DNA from: an uncultured Nitrososphaerota archaeon | GTDB lineage: Archaea > Korarchaeota > Korarchaeia > Korarchaeales > Korarchaeaceae | Length of the DNA: 64,000 bases | NCBI GenBank assembly: GCA_964594835.1 | Contig: CAZQNA010000006.1 | Coordinates: 82,205-146,204, forward strand | Direction: 5' to 3' | Shown: positions 17,550 through 26,025 of the stretch, one piece after another | Position numbering within the stretch: the first letter of the stretch is position 1 | Layout of the letters: every line of letters begins with the position of its first letter | The notes under the pieces: generated by a model | Seen by the model: only the letters and a program-made list of their open reading frames with translations | Database searches by the model: none | What the model was told of the DNA's origin: nothing | Made by a program: the position numbers and the translations under genes

Positions 17550-18194
17550 ATGGGGTCGACCGAGTTCAAGTCCAAGGAGGAGGCCAAGAGGGCCCTTGAC
17601 CAGCTCGACGAGGAGCTCATAGAGGGCAAGATCAGCGAGGAGGAGTACCGCAGGAGGAAGGCCGACATCGAGAGGCAGATCGAGATCATGGAGCTCGAAG
17701 ACATGCTCATAGAGGGCAAGATAACCGAGGAGGAGTACAGGAGAGCCAAGGCCTCCCTGCTGGGGAAGGCCGAGCCGGTCGAGGCCGTGTCGCCCGAAGG
17801 GGTGTCGGAAGTCGCGAGGAAGATCTCTCAAATGGCGTCGAAACTCTCCGAGATCAGGGAGAAGAGGGAGAAGCTGAGGGACCTCCTCATATCCAAGGAG
17901 ATATCCGAGGCCACGTTCCAGAAGCTTGACTCCGAGTACGAGGAGAAGGAGAAGTCCCTTGAGCTCAAGGTGAAGGAGCTCGAGGAGGAGTCCAGGGAGA
18001 GGCTGAAGGAGATCGAACAGAAGCTGGAGGAGATCAAGCTGATGAGGGAGGAGATGAAGGCCAGGCACCTCCTGGGGGAGATCCCGAAGTCGGAGTACGA
18101 GTCCAAGGACGGAGAGCTGGCCTCTCAGGCCGAGAGGCTGGAGGCGGAGAGGGAGAGCATATCCTCCGCCCTGAAGGCCGTCGGTCTGGAGTGA
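17550..18194 (+). CDS. CdvA-like coiled-coil protein with tandem SHOCT-like repeats
   Basis: Four units (LIEGKISEEEY, LIEGKITEEEY, LISKEISEATF, LLGEIPKSEY) separated by coiled coil. The last two have the spacing of the CdvA helical domain. No PRC barrel. Confidence 0.65.
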   Translation: MGSTEFKSKEEAKRALDQLDEELIEGKISEEEYRRRKADIERQIEIMELEDMLIEGKITEEEYRRAKASLLGKAEPVEAVSPEGVSEVARKISQMASKLSEIREKREKLRDLLISKEISEATFQKLDSEYEEKEKSLELKVKELEEESRERLKEIEQKLEEIKLMREEMKARHLLGEIPKSEYESKDGELASQAERLEAERESISSALKAVGLE

Positions 18195-18275
18195 CCGGAT
18201 CATCTGCGATAGGATCTGGGGCTGAGGCGGCTTCCACGCGTGGAGGCGGGCGAGGGACGCGGTCTAGGCCGAGGG

Positions 18276-19484
18276 TCACCACCTCCTCCCGTCTCCGGTG
18301 AAGGGTCTGAAGGTTATCTTGTCCCTCTCCCTGATTATCTGCCTCAGGAGCCTTCTGGCCCTCTCCGGGGGCAGGTTGAGGAAGAGCGCTGCGAGGTGCT
18401 TGCAGAACATCTTCTTCTGGGACTGCCTCGACCAGTCGGCGCAGTCGTGGAGGATCACCCCCTGCCGGAGGTCTATCGTCACGTCGTAGCCCCTCACCCT
18501 GGCCATCAGGATGTCCCCCCTGTCCGTCAGGACCTCCACCTGGCTGGCCGGCATCTCGATGGCCCTCTCAAGTCTCCTCTCATCTGTGATGGACCTGAGG
18601 AGCCCGAGAACCTCTTCCCTCCCCCTCGGAACCTCCTCGCGGACCTGCGGCCCGCCGATGAAGCCCTCTAGTGAGGTCGGGGCCCTCGATGCGATCTCCT
18701 CCCTCCAGGCCCTGATCCTCTTGAGGGCCTCCTCCTGCCGGGAGTCTGCCGCCCCCAGGATCTTCAGCATCAGGATGGCGTTCTCCGGGGCATACGCGTG
18801 GTAGTGGTTGTTGAAGTAGCCGTAGACCCTCTTCGCCGAGGAGGCCGCCTCCTCGACGGCCCTGGCCCAGGGCCTCAGCTCATCCTCAGAGTAGAGGTAG
18901 TTGTACGGGACCTTCTCTCCCCTCCCGTGCCACCTGAAGTAGCCCACGTCCGACGTGACCACGGCCCTGGGAGGGGCGCCTCCCCAGTCCGACACGACGT
19001 ACGCCGCGCCGGCGGACTCCATCATCCTGAGGACCCTCGGGTCGTCCCAGCTCGGGTGCCTGAACTCGAGGGCGAGGGTGGCCCACTCAGGGGCGAGCGA
19101 GAGGAGGTGCTCCAGCCTGTCCGGCTTGGCCCTGAAGCTTGGCGGGAGCTGGACGAGGATCGGGCCCAGCTTTCCGGCGGAGCGGAGGGGCTCCAGAGAG
19201 TCGAAGAAGAGCTCCAAGTCCGCCTTGATCCCCCTGTCGAGCCTGAGCCTCTTCCTGTGGGTCACGTCCCTCAGCATCTTGACCGAGAAGTCGAAGCCCT
19301 CCGGCGTGACCCTGGCCATGCCCGCCAGGGTCTCGGCATCGAGGATCTGGTAGAAGGTGGAGTTGACCTCGGTGGTGTTGAACAGCCTCGAGTAGAGCGT
19401 GAGCCTGGCCCCTCCTGACCTGGGATAGAAGGGGCCGACCCAGTCGGCGTAGTCCCACCCGGAGGTTCCTATCCTCAGGTCCAA
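18276..19484 (-). CDS. DUF72-family protein fused to a C-terminal SWIM-type zinc finger
   Basis: IGTSGWDY, EVNSTFY, QLPPSF, EFRHPSW, YFRWHG, YFNNH; tail HDCADW...FCKHL. Likely TTG start at 19484; the longer ORF-track N-terminus overlaps another gene. Confidence 0.88.
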   Translation of the reverse strand: MDLRIGTSGWDYADWVGPFYPRSGGARLTLYSRLFNTTEVNSTFYQILDAETLAGMARVTPEGFDFSVKMLRDVTHRKRLRLDRGIKADLELFFDSLEPLRSAGKLGPILVQLPPSFRAKPDRLEHLLSLAPEWATLALEFRHPSWDDPRVLRMMESAGAAYVVSDWGGAPPRAVVTSDVGYFRWHGRGEKVPYNYLYSEDELRPWARAVEEAASSAKRVYGYFNNHYHAYAPENAILMLKILGAADSRQEEALKRIRAWREEIASRAPTSLEGFIGGPQVREEVPRGREEVLGLLRSITDERRLERAIEMPASQVEVLTDRGDILMARVRGYDVTIDLRQGVILHDCADWSRQSQKKMFCKHLAALFLNLPPERARRLLRQIIRERDKITFRPFTGDGRRW

Positions 19485-19609
19485 GGACCCTGCCCGAGTG
19501 TGGGACCCGCCGGTAAAATTAACGGCTTCTCGGCCCCCGCATCGGCCGAAGGTTGGAGGCCATCGACTCATCCGGCTGGCCCGGGGGCGGGCAAGATCGC
19601 CTTGGGGGC

Positions 19610-19885
19610 CTACCTCAAGAGATCCTCCCAGCCCATGGGCACGATCCCCCTCTCTATCGCCCGCCTGGCAGCGGCGATCGCCCACTCCGGGGGCCGCCTC
19701 TCGGCCCGCCCCACCCTCAGGCCGCAGCCGGAGCAGTACTCGGCCCCCACCATCCTCCCCAGGATGCGGTGAACGCCGAGGGAGCAGTGCCCCCTGGGCT
19801 CTCCCCCTCCGCTCGACCCCCTCGCAAAGACCTGGAACCAGCGGCAGTCCACGCCAGACCCCTCTGCCGCGGGGCTCGTCGCCAT
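19610..19885 (-). CDS. Small Cys-rich (possible Zn/Fe-S binding) hypothetical protein
   Basis: GGAGGTG RBS before ATG 19885; DCRWF, HCSLG and YCSGC. Confidence 0.65.
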   Translation of the reverse strand: MATSPAAEGSGVDCRWFQVFARGSSGGGEPRGHCSLGVHRILGRMVGAEYCSGCGLRVGRAERRPPEWAIAAARRAIERGIVPMGWEDLLR

Positions 19886-19985
19886 GCGACTCACCTCCCC
19901 GGGAGGGTCCACCGACCCTGCCCCGGAGCCAATATAACCATGCCACCACCACGAACGTTTAACCGGTCTGGGGGAGGCGCTCCGG

Positions 19986-20885
19986 GTGGGGGAGCGGGGT
20001 ACGGCGGGGAGGGCCGAGCCCGACGCGGCGCTCGTCAGGTCTCACTACTCCAGACCCGACGTCAGGCGGGAGATCCGGGAGTTCTGCCGCGGGAGGTGGG
20101 TGGCCGCCTGGCTGACGGACGGCAGGGTGGTCAGGTGGCTCGGGAGGAGGCCTGCCACCGCCAGCCCCAAAGACCTCGACCTCCTAATCTCTGGTCGGGC
20201 GGGGTCTCCCGTGAGGAGCATCTACGCCACCGCCGAGCGGTACGCCAGGCTTCGCCGGAGGGAGGACGTCTACGACCCGGGCAACGTCCTGGAGGTGACC
20301 CCCTTCTGGGACGTGGACAACGACCCCGGGAGTTGGAGGGCGACCGTGGAGGCAGCCAGGGCCCTGGTCGAGGCCCTGGGGACCCTGGGGGTGGTGAGGT
20401 CCGTCTACGTGGTTTGGAGCGGCAGGGGAATGCACGTGAGGGTGCACGAGGGGGCCATATCCCGGGAGGTCAGGGAGAGGGTCGGCCCGCTGGACGCGGC
20501 TTGGGCCCTCGTGGAGCGGGTCAGGCTGAGGGTGGCGGGGAGGATCGAGGAGCTCAGGTCGGAGTTCGGGGCCCACGGCCTGAGGGTCGACAACGAGGTC
20601 AAGCCCAGGGGGCTGCTCTCCGTCCCGCTCAGCCTGCACAGGAGCGTGGACGCCGTCGTCGTGTGCCTGTCCCCCGATCAGCTCGACTACTTCGACCCGT
20701 CCTGGTCCGACCCCTCTAACTTCAGGTCCTCCGACTCGTGGAGGAGGTTCGACCCGGGGGAGGCCGACTCGGCCGTTTTAGAGGCGGTTGAGCTGCACGG
20801 CCGATACCCGGGGCCGCGAACGCCCAGGAGAAGGAGGAGGGAGCCGCCGGTCGACGAGATGCTAAGGAGGTGGCTGGGCGGGTGA
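19986..20885 (+). CDS. Archaeo-eukaryotic primase (AEP) superfamily primase-polymerase
   Basis: Motif I FWDVD, motif II SGRGMH, motif III region RVD, then a PLSLH signature. Confidence 0.8.
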   Translation: MGERGTAGRAEPDAALVRSHYSRPDVRREIREFCRGRWVAAWLTDGRVVRWLGRRPATASPKDLDLLISGRAGSPVRSIYATAERYARLRRREDVYDPGNVLEVTPFWDVDNDPGSWRATVEAARALVEALGTLGVVRSVYVVWSGRGMHVRVHEGAISREVRERVGPLDAAWALVERVRLRVAGRIEELRSEFGAHGLRVDNEVKPRGLLSVPLSLHRSVDAVVVCLSPDQLDYFDPSWSDPSNFRSSDSWRRFDPGEADSAVLEAVELHGRYPGPRTPRRRRREPPVDEMLRRWLGG

Positions 20886-20927
20886 GCGACGTCCCGCCCA
20901 GGGTGCCCGTGCGGCGGGGTGGGGGCC

Positions 20928-21293
20928 ATGCCGGACCTCAGCGAGGAGGAGAAGGCCAGGGTGGTAGAGCTCATACTCGACGGGAGGGTGGAGGAGGCCC
21001 TGAGGATCGTGTGTGAGGCCCACGGGAGGTCCCCGCCCAAGATCAGGGTGGGAAGGGTCAAGGGGCACTCCAGGTCCCTGGCCGTGTACGAGCCCAGGTC
21101 CGAGACGATCTACCTCTCCGACGGATCCCTGCTGAGGAACCCGTTCGTCATCCTGCACGAGCTGTACCACCACCTGAGAATGTTCGCGGGCAGGCACCGG
21201 GGCACTGAGAAGCACGCGGACAGGTTTGCGCTCTCCTTCCTGTCAGCGCACAGGACCCTCGGGCACAAATCCGGAAAAAATATTGATGAGTAG
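20928..21293 (+). CDS. Small zincin metalloprotease-like protein (SprT/ImmA-like)
   Basis: ILHELYHH (HEXXH) and downstream EKHADRFA. Confidence 0.75.
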   Translation: MPDLSEEEKARVVELILDGRVEEALRIVCEAHGRSPPKIRVGRVKGHSRSLAVYEPRSETIYLSDGSLLRNPFVILHELYHHLRMFAGRHRGTEKHADRFALSFLSAHRTLGHKSGKNIDE

Positions 21294-21357
21294 CGGGGTC
21301 CACCTCGGGAGAATCGCTTAAAACTATGGGTACCCCGGGAGATTAGAGGAGATCGAG

Positions 21358-24300
21358 CTGAGGAGGCGCGCCGCTCTCATTCTCCTCGCCCTGATGATCG
21401 CTGTGACCTCCCGCGCGGTCGCGCAGGGAGAGTACCCTGTCGGACATCCCATCAGGCTCGTCGTCACAATCGAGAATCCCGCTGAGACCACGCAGTCCTA
21501 CACGGCCGTACTCTTGGTGAACGGGTCCCCGGTCGACTCCACAAACCTGATCGTCCCCGGGGGGTCGACGAGAGAGGCGGAACTTTCCTGGACGCCCACG
21601 AGTCCCGGGACCTACGAGCTCAAGGTCGTCGTGCAGGACGAGTCGGGCGCCGAGGTCAAGGTCGAGACCTACAGGGTGGAGGTCGTTCCACCGCCCAGGC
21701 CTGACCTCTCGCTCCTGAACCTCACCCTCTCCGGACCCCTTGAACCGGGCGGGTCTGTCGAGGTCAGAGCAACCGTGGCCAATCTGGGAGACGCCGAGTC
21801 TCCCCCCACGGAGATGCTGGTTGTGGAGTTTCCGACCGACAGGGTCATCTACTCCGAGGAGGTCGGCCCGCTCCGGCCGGGCGAGGAGGCGGTGATCTCC
21901 TTCGAGTACACCGCCCCCGCGGAGCCCGGGGACTACTCTCTCGTGGTCATTCTGGATCCCGAGAACGCCGTTGAGGAGAGCGACGAGGAGAACACGTTCG
22001 AGTTCGGGATCTCCGTACCTCCCGCCCCAGCTCCCTCTCCGACTGAGGTCCCACCAACGGAGAGCCCCACGCCCACGCCCCCGCCCTCCGAGACCGGAGC
22101 CCCCACGGAGACCCCGACGTCCTCCACGCCACCGCCCTCCTCGCCGACGCAGGCCCCCCCGACCACACCTCCAACAGAGCGGGGGCTGGAGAGGTACGCC
22201 TACGCCGTCGGGCTCCTGACCGCGGTCGCCCTCCTCCTCTACGGTGGGATGAGGCTCGGCGGGATCAGAGACCCATGCAGGGACATGGGATCTCTCAGGA
22301 CGGCCCTGGACCTCGCCAGAAAGGCGAAGTCGAGACTCCTGGACGATCTGGAAAGGGTGAGAGAGGAGGCGGAGCAGATCTCTCGACAGATATCCCAGCT
22401 TGAGAAGGAGGCTGGCTCTGCCCAGGAGAGGCTGGCGTCGATGTGGAAGGAGCGCGACCAGCTCCGGCTGGGGCGCGCCTACCGCTCGTATGCCGCGATC
22501 GTGGGAAAGGGGCGCGCGATCGTTCGGGTCCATGATAAGCTCAAGAGGCTGACCGAGCTGGAGGAAGAGATCAAGGAGCTGGAGGAGAGTCTCGCCCGGA
22601 CGAGGGCGGAGATACTGGAGAAGGAATCGGCCTTGAACGAGAAGGTCCGCGAGGTGGACGCCCTCTGGTCGCTGCTGGAGGAGGCCAACCGGCGGCTGGC
22701 CGAGGTGAACGACCTCATCTACCAGTGCCTCCTGAAGAAGAGGGGTCCGTGCTACGATCTAGACCTGCTCAGATCCAGGGTTGCCGAGCTGGAGAGGGAG
22801 CTCGAGGCCCTGAAGGCGCTGGCCTCCCTCTCGGAGGCGGACGCCGAGAGGATCGACCGCTTCATCAGGCAGACTGAGGCCGAGATTGCGTCCCAGCTGA
22901 AGATGGCAGAGTTCTGGGAGTCCGAGGCCAGGAGGATGGCCGAGGGGAAGCCGAAAGTGAGGATAAGCGTGTCAGGGGGTCCAGAGTTTACCGACATCGA
23001 CTTCAGGCTGATCGAGATTGAGAGGGGCCGGCTTGTAGCTCAGTTCGCCCGAGGGGAGATTTCCGAATCGGAGTTCATTCAGGCCTACGAGTCCCTGAGC
23101 CACCCGACCGAGGAGGTCGTCCAGAGGCTGAGGAAGAAGGCCCGCGACGTCGCCTCAAAGCTGGAGGACCGAGCGAGGGAGGCGAGGGAGAGGGCAAAAT
23201 CTCTGGAGACCCAGTTACCAGAACTGAAAAGGGCTAAAGAGTCCGCAGAGGCCAGGACGGAGGCCCTGCGCGGCAAGATTCGCAGCCTCTCCGAGTCCGT
23301 TGAGGAGGCCAGGAAGAGGCTAGAGAAGTGCGAGAAAAAGGTCAGAGACTGCCTCTCAAATCTCGTCACACTCAGGGAGGAGATAAGGTGGGCACTCAAC
23401 TCCTACGAGCAGAGGAGGGCCAGGCTGATCGAGGAAGCCAGGCGGGAGATAGAGGCGGTGAACAGAGCGGTCGATGAGGTCCCCGAGCTGGTGGGCAGGA
23501 TACAGAGGCTGGCCATCGAGATAAAGGAGAAGGTCGACAAGATAAGGCCGGTCCTCAAGCTGGAGGAGCTGAGCCCGAAGTTCCAGGAGATACTGGAGGA
23601 GGACTGGAACGCGTTCACCTACGGCAAGACGGGCGCGAGCATAGTCAAGAACGTCACGCAGCTCCTGAAGGACATCGGCGCAAAGGCCGACTCGATCCTC
23701 CCGGATCCGTCCGACTATCTGGAGCCGGCGGTCAAGGGGGTCGCCTTCGTGTACAGGGCGGCAGGCGTGCTCCTGAGCCCCACGGATGCGGGGGCATGGC
23801 TCTACAGGGAGATGAGGAGGTGGGCGAGGGAGCACAAGGTCCCCTCCGACGAGGAGATCGAAGAAGTGCTCGAGGCCGCCGAGAGGTTCGTGAACGCCTG
23901 GTCGAGCTGGAGGTCCGCCGCCAGGCAGGCCCTCGAATCCCTCCAAGACTACCTGACTGAGGTCAGTAACGGCCAGGACGTGTTGGAGGAGTGGAAGAGG
24001 TTCCTTGAGTGCCTCGAGAACCTCCCGGCCACCCTCCTGGATGAGAGAGAGGCGGCAAACCTCACGAGGCTCATGAAGGACTCTACGTCCGCATCCACCC
24101 TCGGTGACTGCGAGAAGTACGCCCGCCTCCTTGGCGAGAAGCTTCGAGAGATAGGGGACAGGTCAAAGGAACTCTTCGACAGGTGTGAGGAGCCTAGCTA
24201 TCGACCCAGCGGGGGGATAGAGGCGACCAGGCAGGCCCTCGTCCAGGCGGCCAAGAGGCTGGAGGAGATCTCGAGGGATCTCCAGAGGTACCTGGACAGC

Positions 24301-24375
24301 GTTGGGAGCTTCCTACAGAGCGTGAAGGAGAGCATCCCGGGGTTCATCAGGGCCCTCTTCCGACTGCTCTCCTGA
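21358..24375 (+). CDS. Type I membrane protein: CARDB/Ig domains, Pro/Thr linker, TM, about 700-aa cytoplasmic coiled coil
   Basis: PDLSL...ANLGDA...LDPENAVEESDEEN (CARDB); TM YAYAVGLLTAVALLLYG; long heptad region containing ARGEISESEF. An in-frame CTG at 21358 restores the signal peptide (the ORF track starts at 21394). Confidence 0.8.
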   Translation: MRRRAALILLALMIAVTSRAVAQGEYPVGHPIRLVVTIENPAETTQSYTAVLLVNGSPVDSTNLIVPGGSTREAELSWTPTSPGTYELKVVVQDESGAEVKVETYRVEVVPPPRPDLSLLNLTLSGPLEPGGSVEVRATVANLGDAESPPTEMLVVEFPTDRVIYSEEVGPLRPGEEAVISFEYTAPAEPGDYSLVVILDPENAVEESDEENTFEFGISVPPAPAPSPTEVPPTESPTPTPPPSETGAPTETPTSSTPPPSSPTQAPPTTPPTERGLERYAYAVGLLTAVALLLYGGMRLGGIRDPCRDMGSLRTALDLARKAKSRLLDDLERVREEAEQISRQISQLEKEAGSAQERLASMWKERDQLRLGRAYRSYAAIVGKGRAIVRVHDKLKRLTELEEEIKELEESLARTRAEILEKESALNEKVREVDALWSLLEEANRRLAEVNDLIYQCLLKKRGPCYDLDLLRSRVAELERELEALKALASLSEADAERIDRFIRQTEAEIASQLKMAEFWESEARRMAEGKPKVRISVSGGPEFTDIDFRLIEIERGRLVAQFARGEISESEFIQAYESLSHPTEEVVQRLRKKARDVASKLEDRAREARERAKSLETQLPELKRAKESAEARTEALRGKIRSLSESVEEARKRLEKCEKKVRDCLSNLVTLREEIRWALNSYEQRRARLIEEARREIEAVNRAVDEVPELVGRIQRLAIEIKEKVDKIRPVLKLEELSPKFQEILEEDWNAFTYGKTGASIVKNVTQLLKDIGAKADSILPDPSDYLEPAVKGVAFVYRAAGVLLSPTDAGAWLYREMRRWAREHKVPSDEEIEEVLEAAERFVNAWSSWRSAARQALESLQDYLTEVSNGQDVLEEWKRFLECLENLPATLLDEREAANLTRLMKDSTSASTLGDCEKYARLLGEKLREIGDRSKELFDRCEEPSYRPSGGIEATRQALVQAAKRLEEISRDLQRYLDSVGSFLQSVKESIPGFIRALFRLLS

Positions 24376-24392
24376 GGACCGGGGGCCGGGAC

Positions 24393-25262
24393 TCAGTCCA
24401 GCTCGACCCCCACCAGGCCCCTCAGGATCACCCCGAAGGCGAAGGACAGCGCCGCGACCCCGAAGCTTATCGCGACCGCCTCGGCGAATCTCCTCCAGAA
24501 GGGCGTCTCCCTGACCACCGAGACGAAGAACGTGAAGACCAGGATCACGACAAGCGCGTCGAACAGCGCCAGGGCCAGCGCCGCCATGTAGCTGGAGAGC
24601 GCGAAGAATGGGGCCACCAGGACGAAGACCGTCGTCACGTAGGCCGCGCCGGTGTACAGGGCGGCCTTCCCCGGATTCTCGGCGCCCTCCGACTTCTGAG
24701 AGAGGTACTCAGAGGCGGCCATGGAGAGCGAGGCGGCTATTCCGGTTATCGCCCCGGCCACGGCCACCAGCTTCGTGTTCTGGAGAGTCATGCTCAGCCC
24801 CGCCACGGCGCCGGTGAGCTCCACCAGGGCGTCGTTGAGGCCTAGGACCATCGATCCTATGTACTGGAGCCTCTCCTCCCTGATCAGCCTCACAAGCTCC
24901 TGCTCGTGCCTCTCCTCGTCCTCGAGAACCGGCTTCGCCTCCGGCACGGCCTCCAGGACTCTAGAGTAGCTCTCCTGGGCCCCCTCCTCTCCGCGCTCCA
25001 TCAGCTTGAGGGCGAACGTTATCCCCAGCAGGCGCGCCATCAGGAGATAGAGGAGGAGCTTGAGGCGGTTGGGGCCCACGTCGACCCCCGTGTACCTCCT
25101 CCAGAACTCGTAGTGCTCCAGCTCGTCCCGCCCGATCCTCTCCAGGATATCCCTGTTCTCACCGCGCTGGAGCTTGGCTAGCCTCAGGTAGACGTGATGC
25201 TCGGTTATCTCGTTCCTCTGGAAGCTCAAGATGAGCCTCCTGAGGTCTCCCGGGAGGGGCAT
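24393..25262 (-). CDS. VIT1/CCC1 iron/manganese transporter with N-terminal ferritin-like (rubrerythrin) domain
   Basis: DELEH and DEERHE di-iron-type motifs; LGLNDALVE and SLSMAASEYLS. Confidence 0.92.
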   Translation of the reverse strand: MPLPGDLRRLILSFQRNEITEHHVYLRLAKLQRGENRDILERIGRDELEHYEFWRRYTGVDVGPNRLKLLLYLLMARLLGITFALKLMERGEEGAQESYSRVLEAVPEAKPVLEDEERHEQELVRLIREERLQYIGSMVLGLNDALVELTGAVAGLSMTLQNTKLVAVAGAITGIAASLSMAASEYLSQKSEGAENPGKAALYTGAAYVTTVFVLVAPFFALSSYMAALALALFDALVVILVFTFFVSVVRETPFWRRFAEAVAISFGVAALSFAFGVILRGLVGVELD

Positions 25263-25351
25263 CTCCCTCCCCCGCCCGGGGACCGGTAAAAGGCGTCGGG
25301 ATTTCCCACTCAACATTTAATTCCCACAAGGGGTATTATGAATGATACGGG

Positions 25352-25597
25352 ATGGAGGTGGTGGCGACCGTCGACGATAGGGGGAGGGTGACGCTGCCCA
25401 AGGAGTTCAGAGAGGCCCTCGGCATCCGGAGGAGGGTCAAGATCAGGAAGGAGGGTGAGAGGATAGTGATAGAGCCGGCCGACCCCGTGTCAAGGAGGTT
25501 CTACGGCGCCTTCAGGGCCGAGGTCCCGGAGGACCTGGACGGGATCGTGGTGGAGGCGGTGGCGGCGTGGTGGAGGAGAGGTCGTACGTCGACGTGA
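25352..25597 (+). CDS. AbrB/MazE-family antitoxin (VapB)
   Basis: VDDRGRVTLPKEFREALG; overlaps the PIN gene. Confidence 0.9.
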   Translation: MEVVATVDDRGRVTLPKEFREALGIRRRVKIRKEGERIVIEPADPVSRRFYGAFRAEVPEDLDGIVVEAVAAWWRRGRTST

Positions 25598-25977
25598 ACG
25601 TGTTCGTCTACTGGCTCACCGCGGACCCGAGGTTCGGGGAGAGGGCCCTCAGGTGGATCGAGAGGGTGGAGGAGGATCCGAGGTCGTACGCGACGTCGGC
25701 CCTGACCCTCTGGGAGGTCCCAGTCATCCTGGCCGGCATCCTGGGCTCGACGCTGCGGGATCCCGACCTGGCGACCCGGGCGGTCAGGGCCGTGGTGGAG
25801 ACGGGGGTGACGGTGGTGGAGCTGAGGAGGGAGGACTACCTGAGGGCCCTGGAGTTCGTCCTCCGGGGGGCCGACCTAGAGGACGCGATACACCTAGCCT
25901 CGGCCCTCCGGGCCGGCTGCACCAGGGTGGTTTCCAACGACAGGGACTTCGAGAGGTTCATCCGGAGGGTCTTCTAG
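25567..25977 (+). CDS. vapC: PIN-domain toxin VapC
   Basis: YVDVNVF, TSALTLWE, EDAIHLASA, SNDRDF. Confidence 0.92.
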   Translation: MVEERSYVDVNVFVYWLTADPRFGERALRWIERVEEDPRSYATSALTLWEVPVILAGILGSTLRDPDLATRAVRAVVETGVTVVELRREDYLRALEFVLRGADLEDAIHLASALRAGCTRVVSNDRDFERFIRRVF

Positions 25978-26025
25978 ATCCGGGGATTGAGGTCCGCTTT
26001 TTACGGGCGGGGGGCCGATCGCGCG

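Noticed and set aside
14013-18194. Integrated virus or plasmid
   Set aside because: No integrase, capsid, packaging ATPase or att-like direct repeats, and codon usage matches the host.
19485-19952. 156-aa N-terminal extension of DUF72 in the ORF track
   Set aside because: Low-complexity Gly/Arg sequence overlapping a better gene (19610-19885) that has its own RBS. DUF72 homology starts at 19484.
21394-24375. SMC/Rad50 ATPase or methyl-accepting chemotaxis protein
   Set aside because: No Walker A/B, signature motif, central CxxC hook or MCP hairpin motif.
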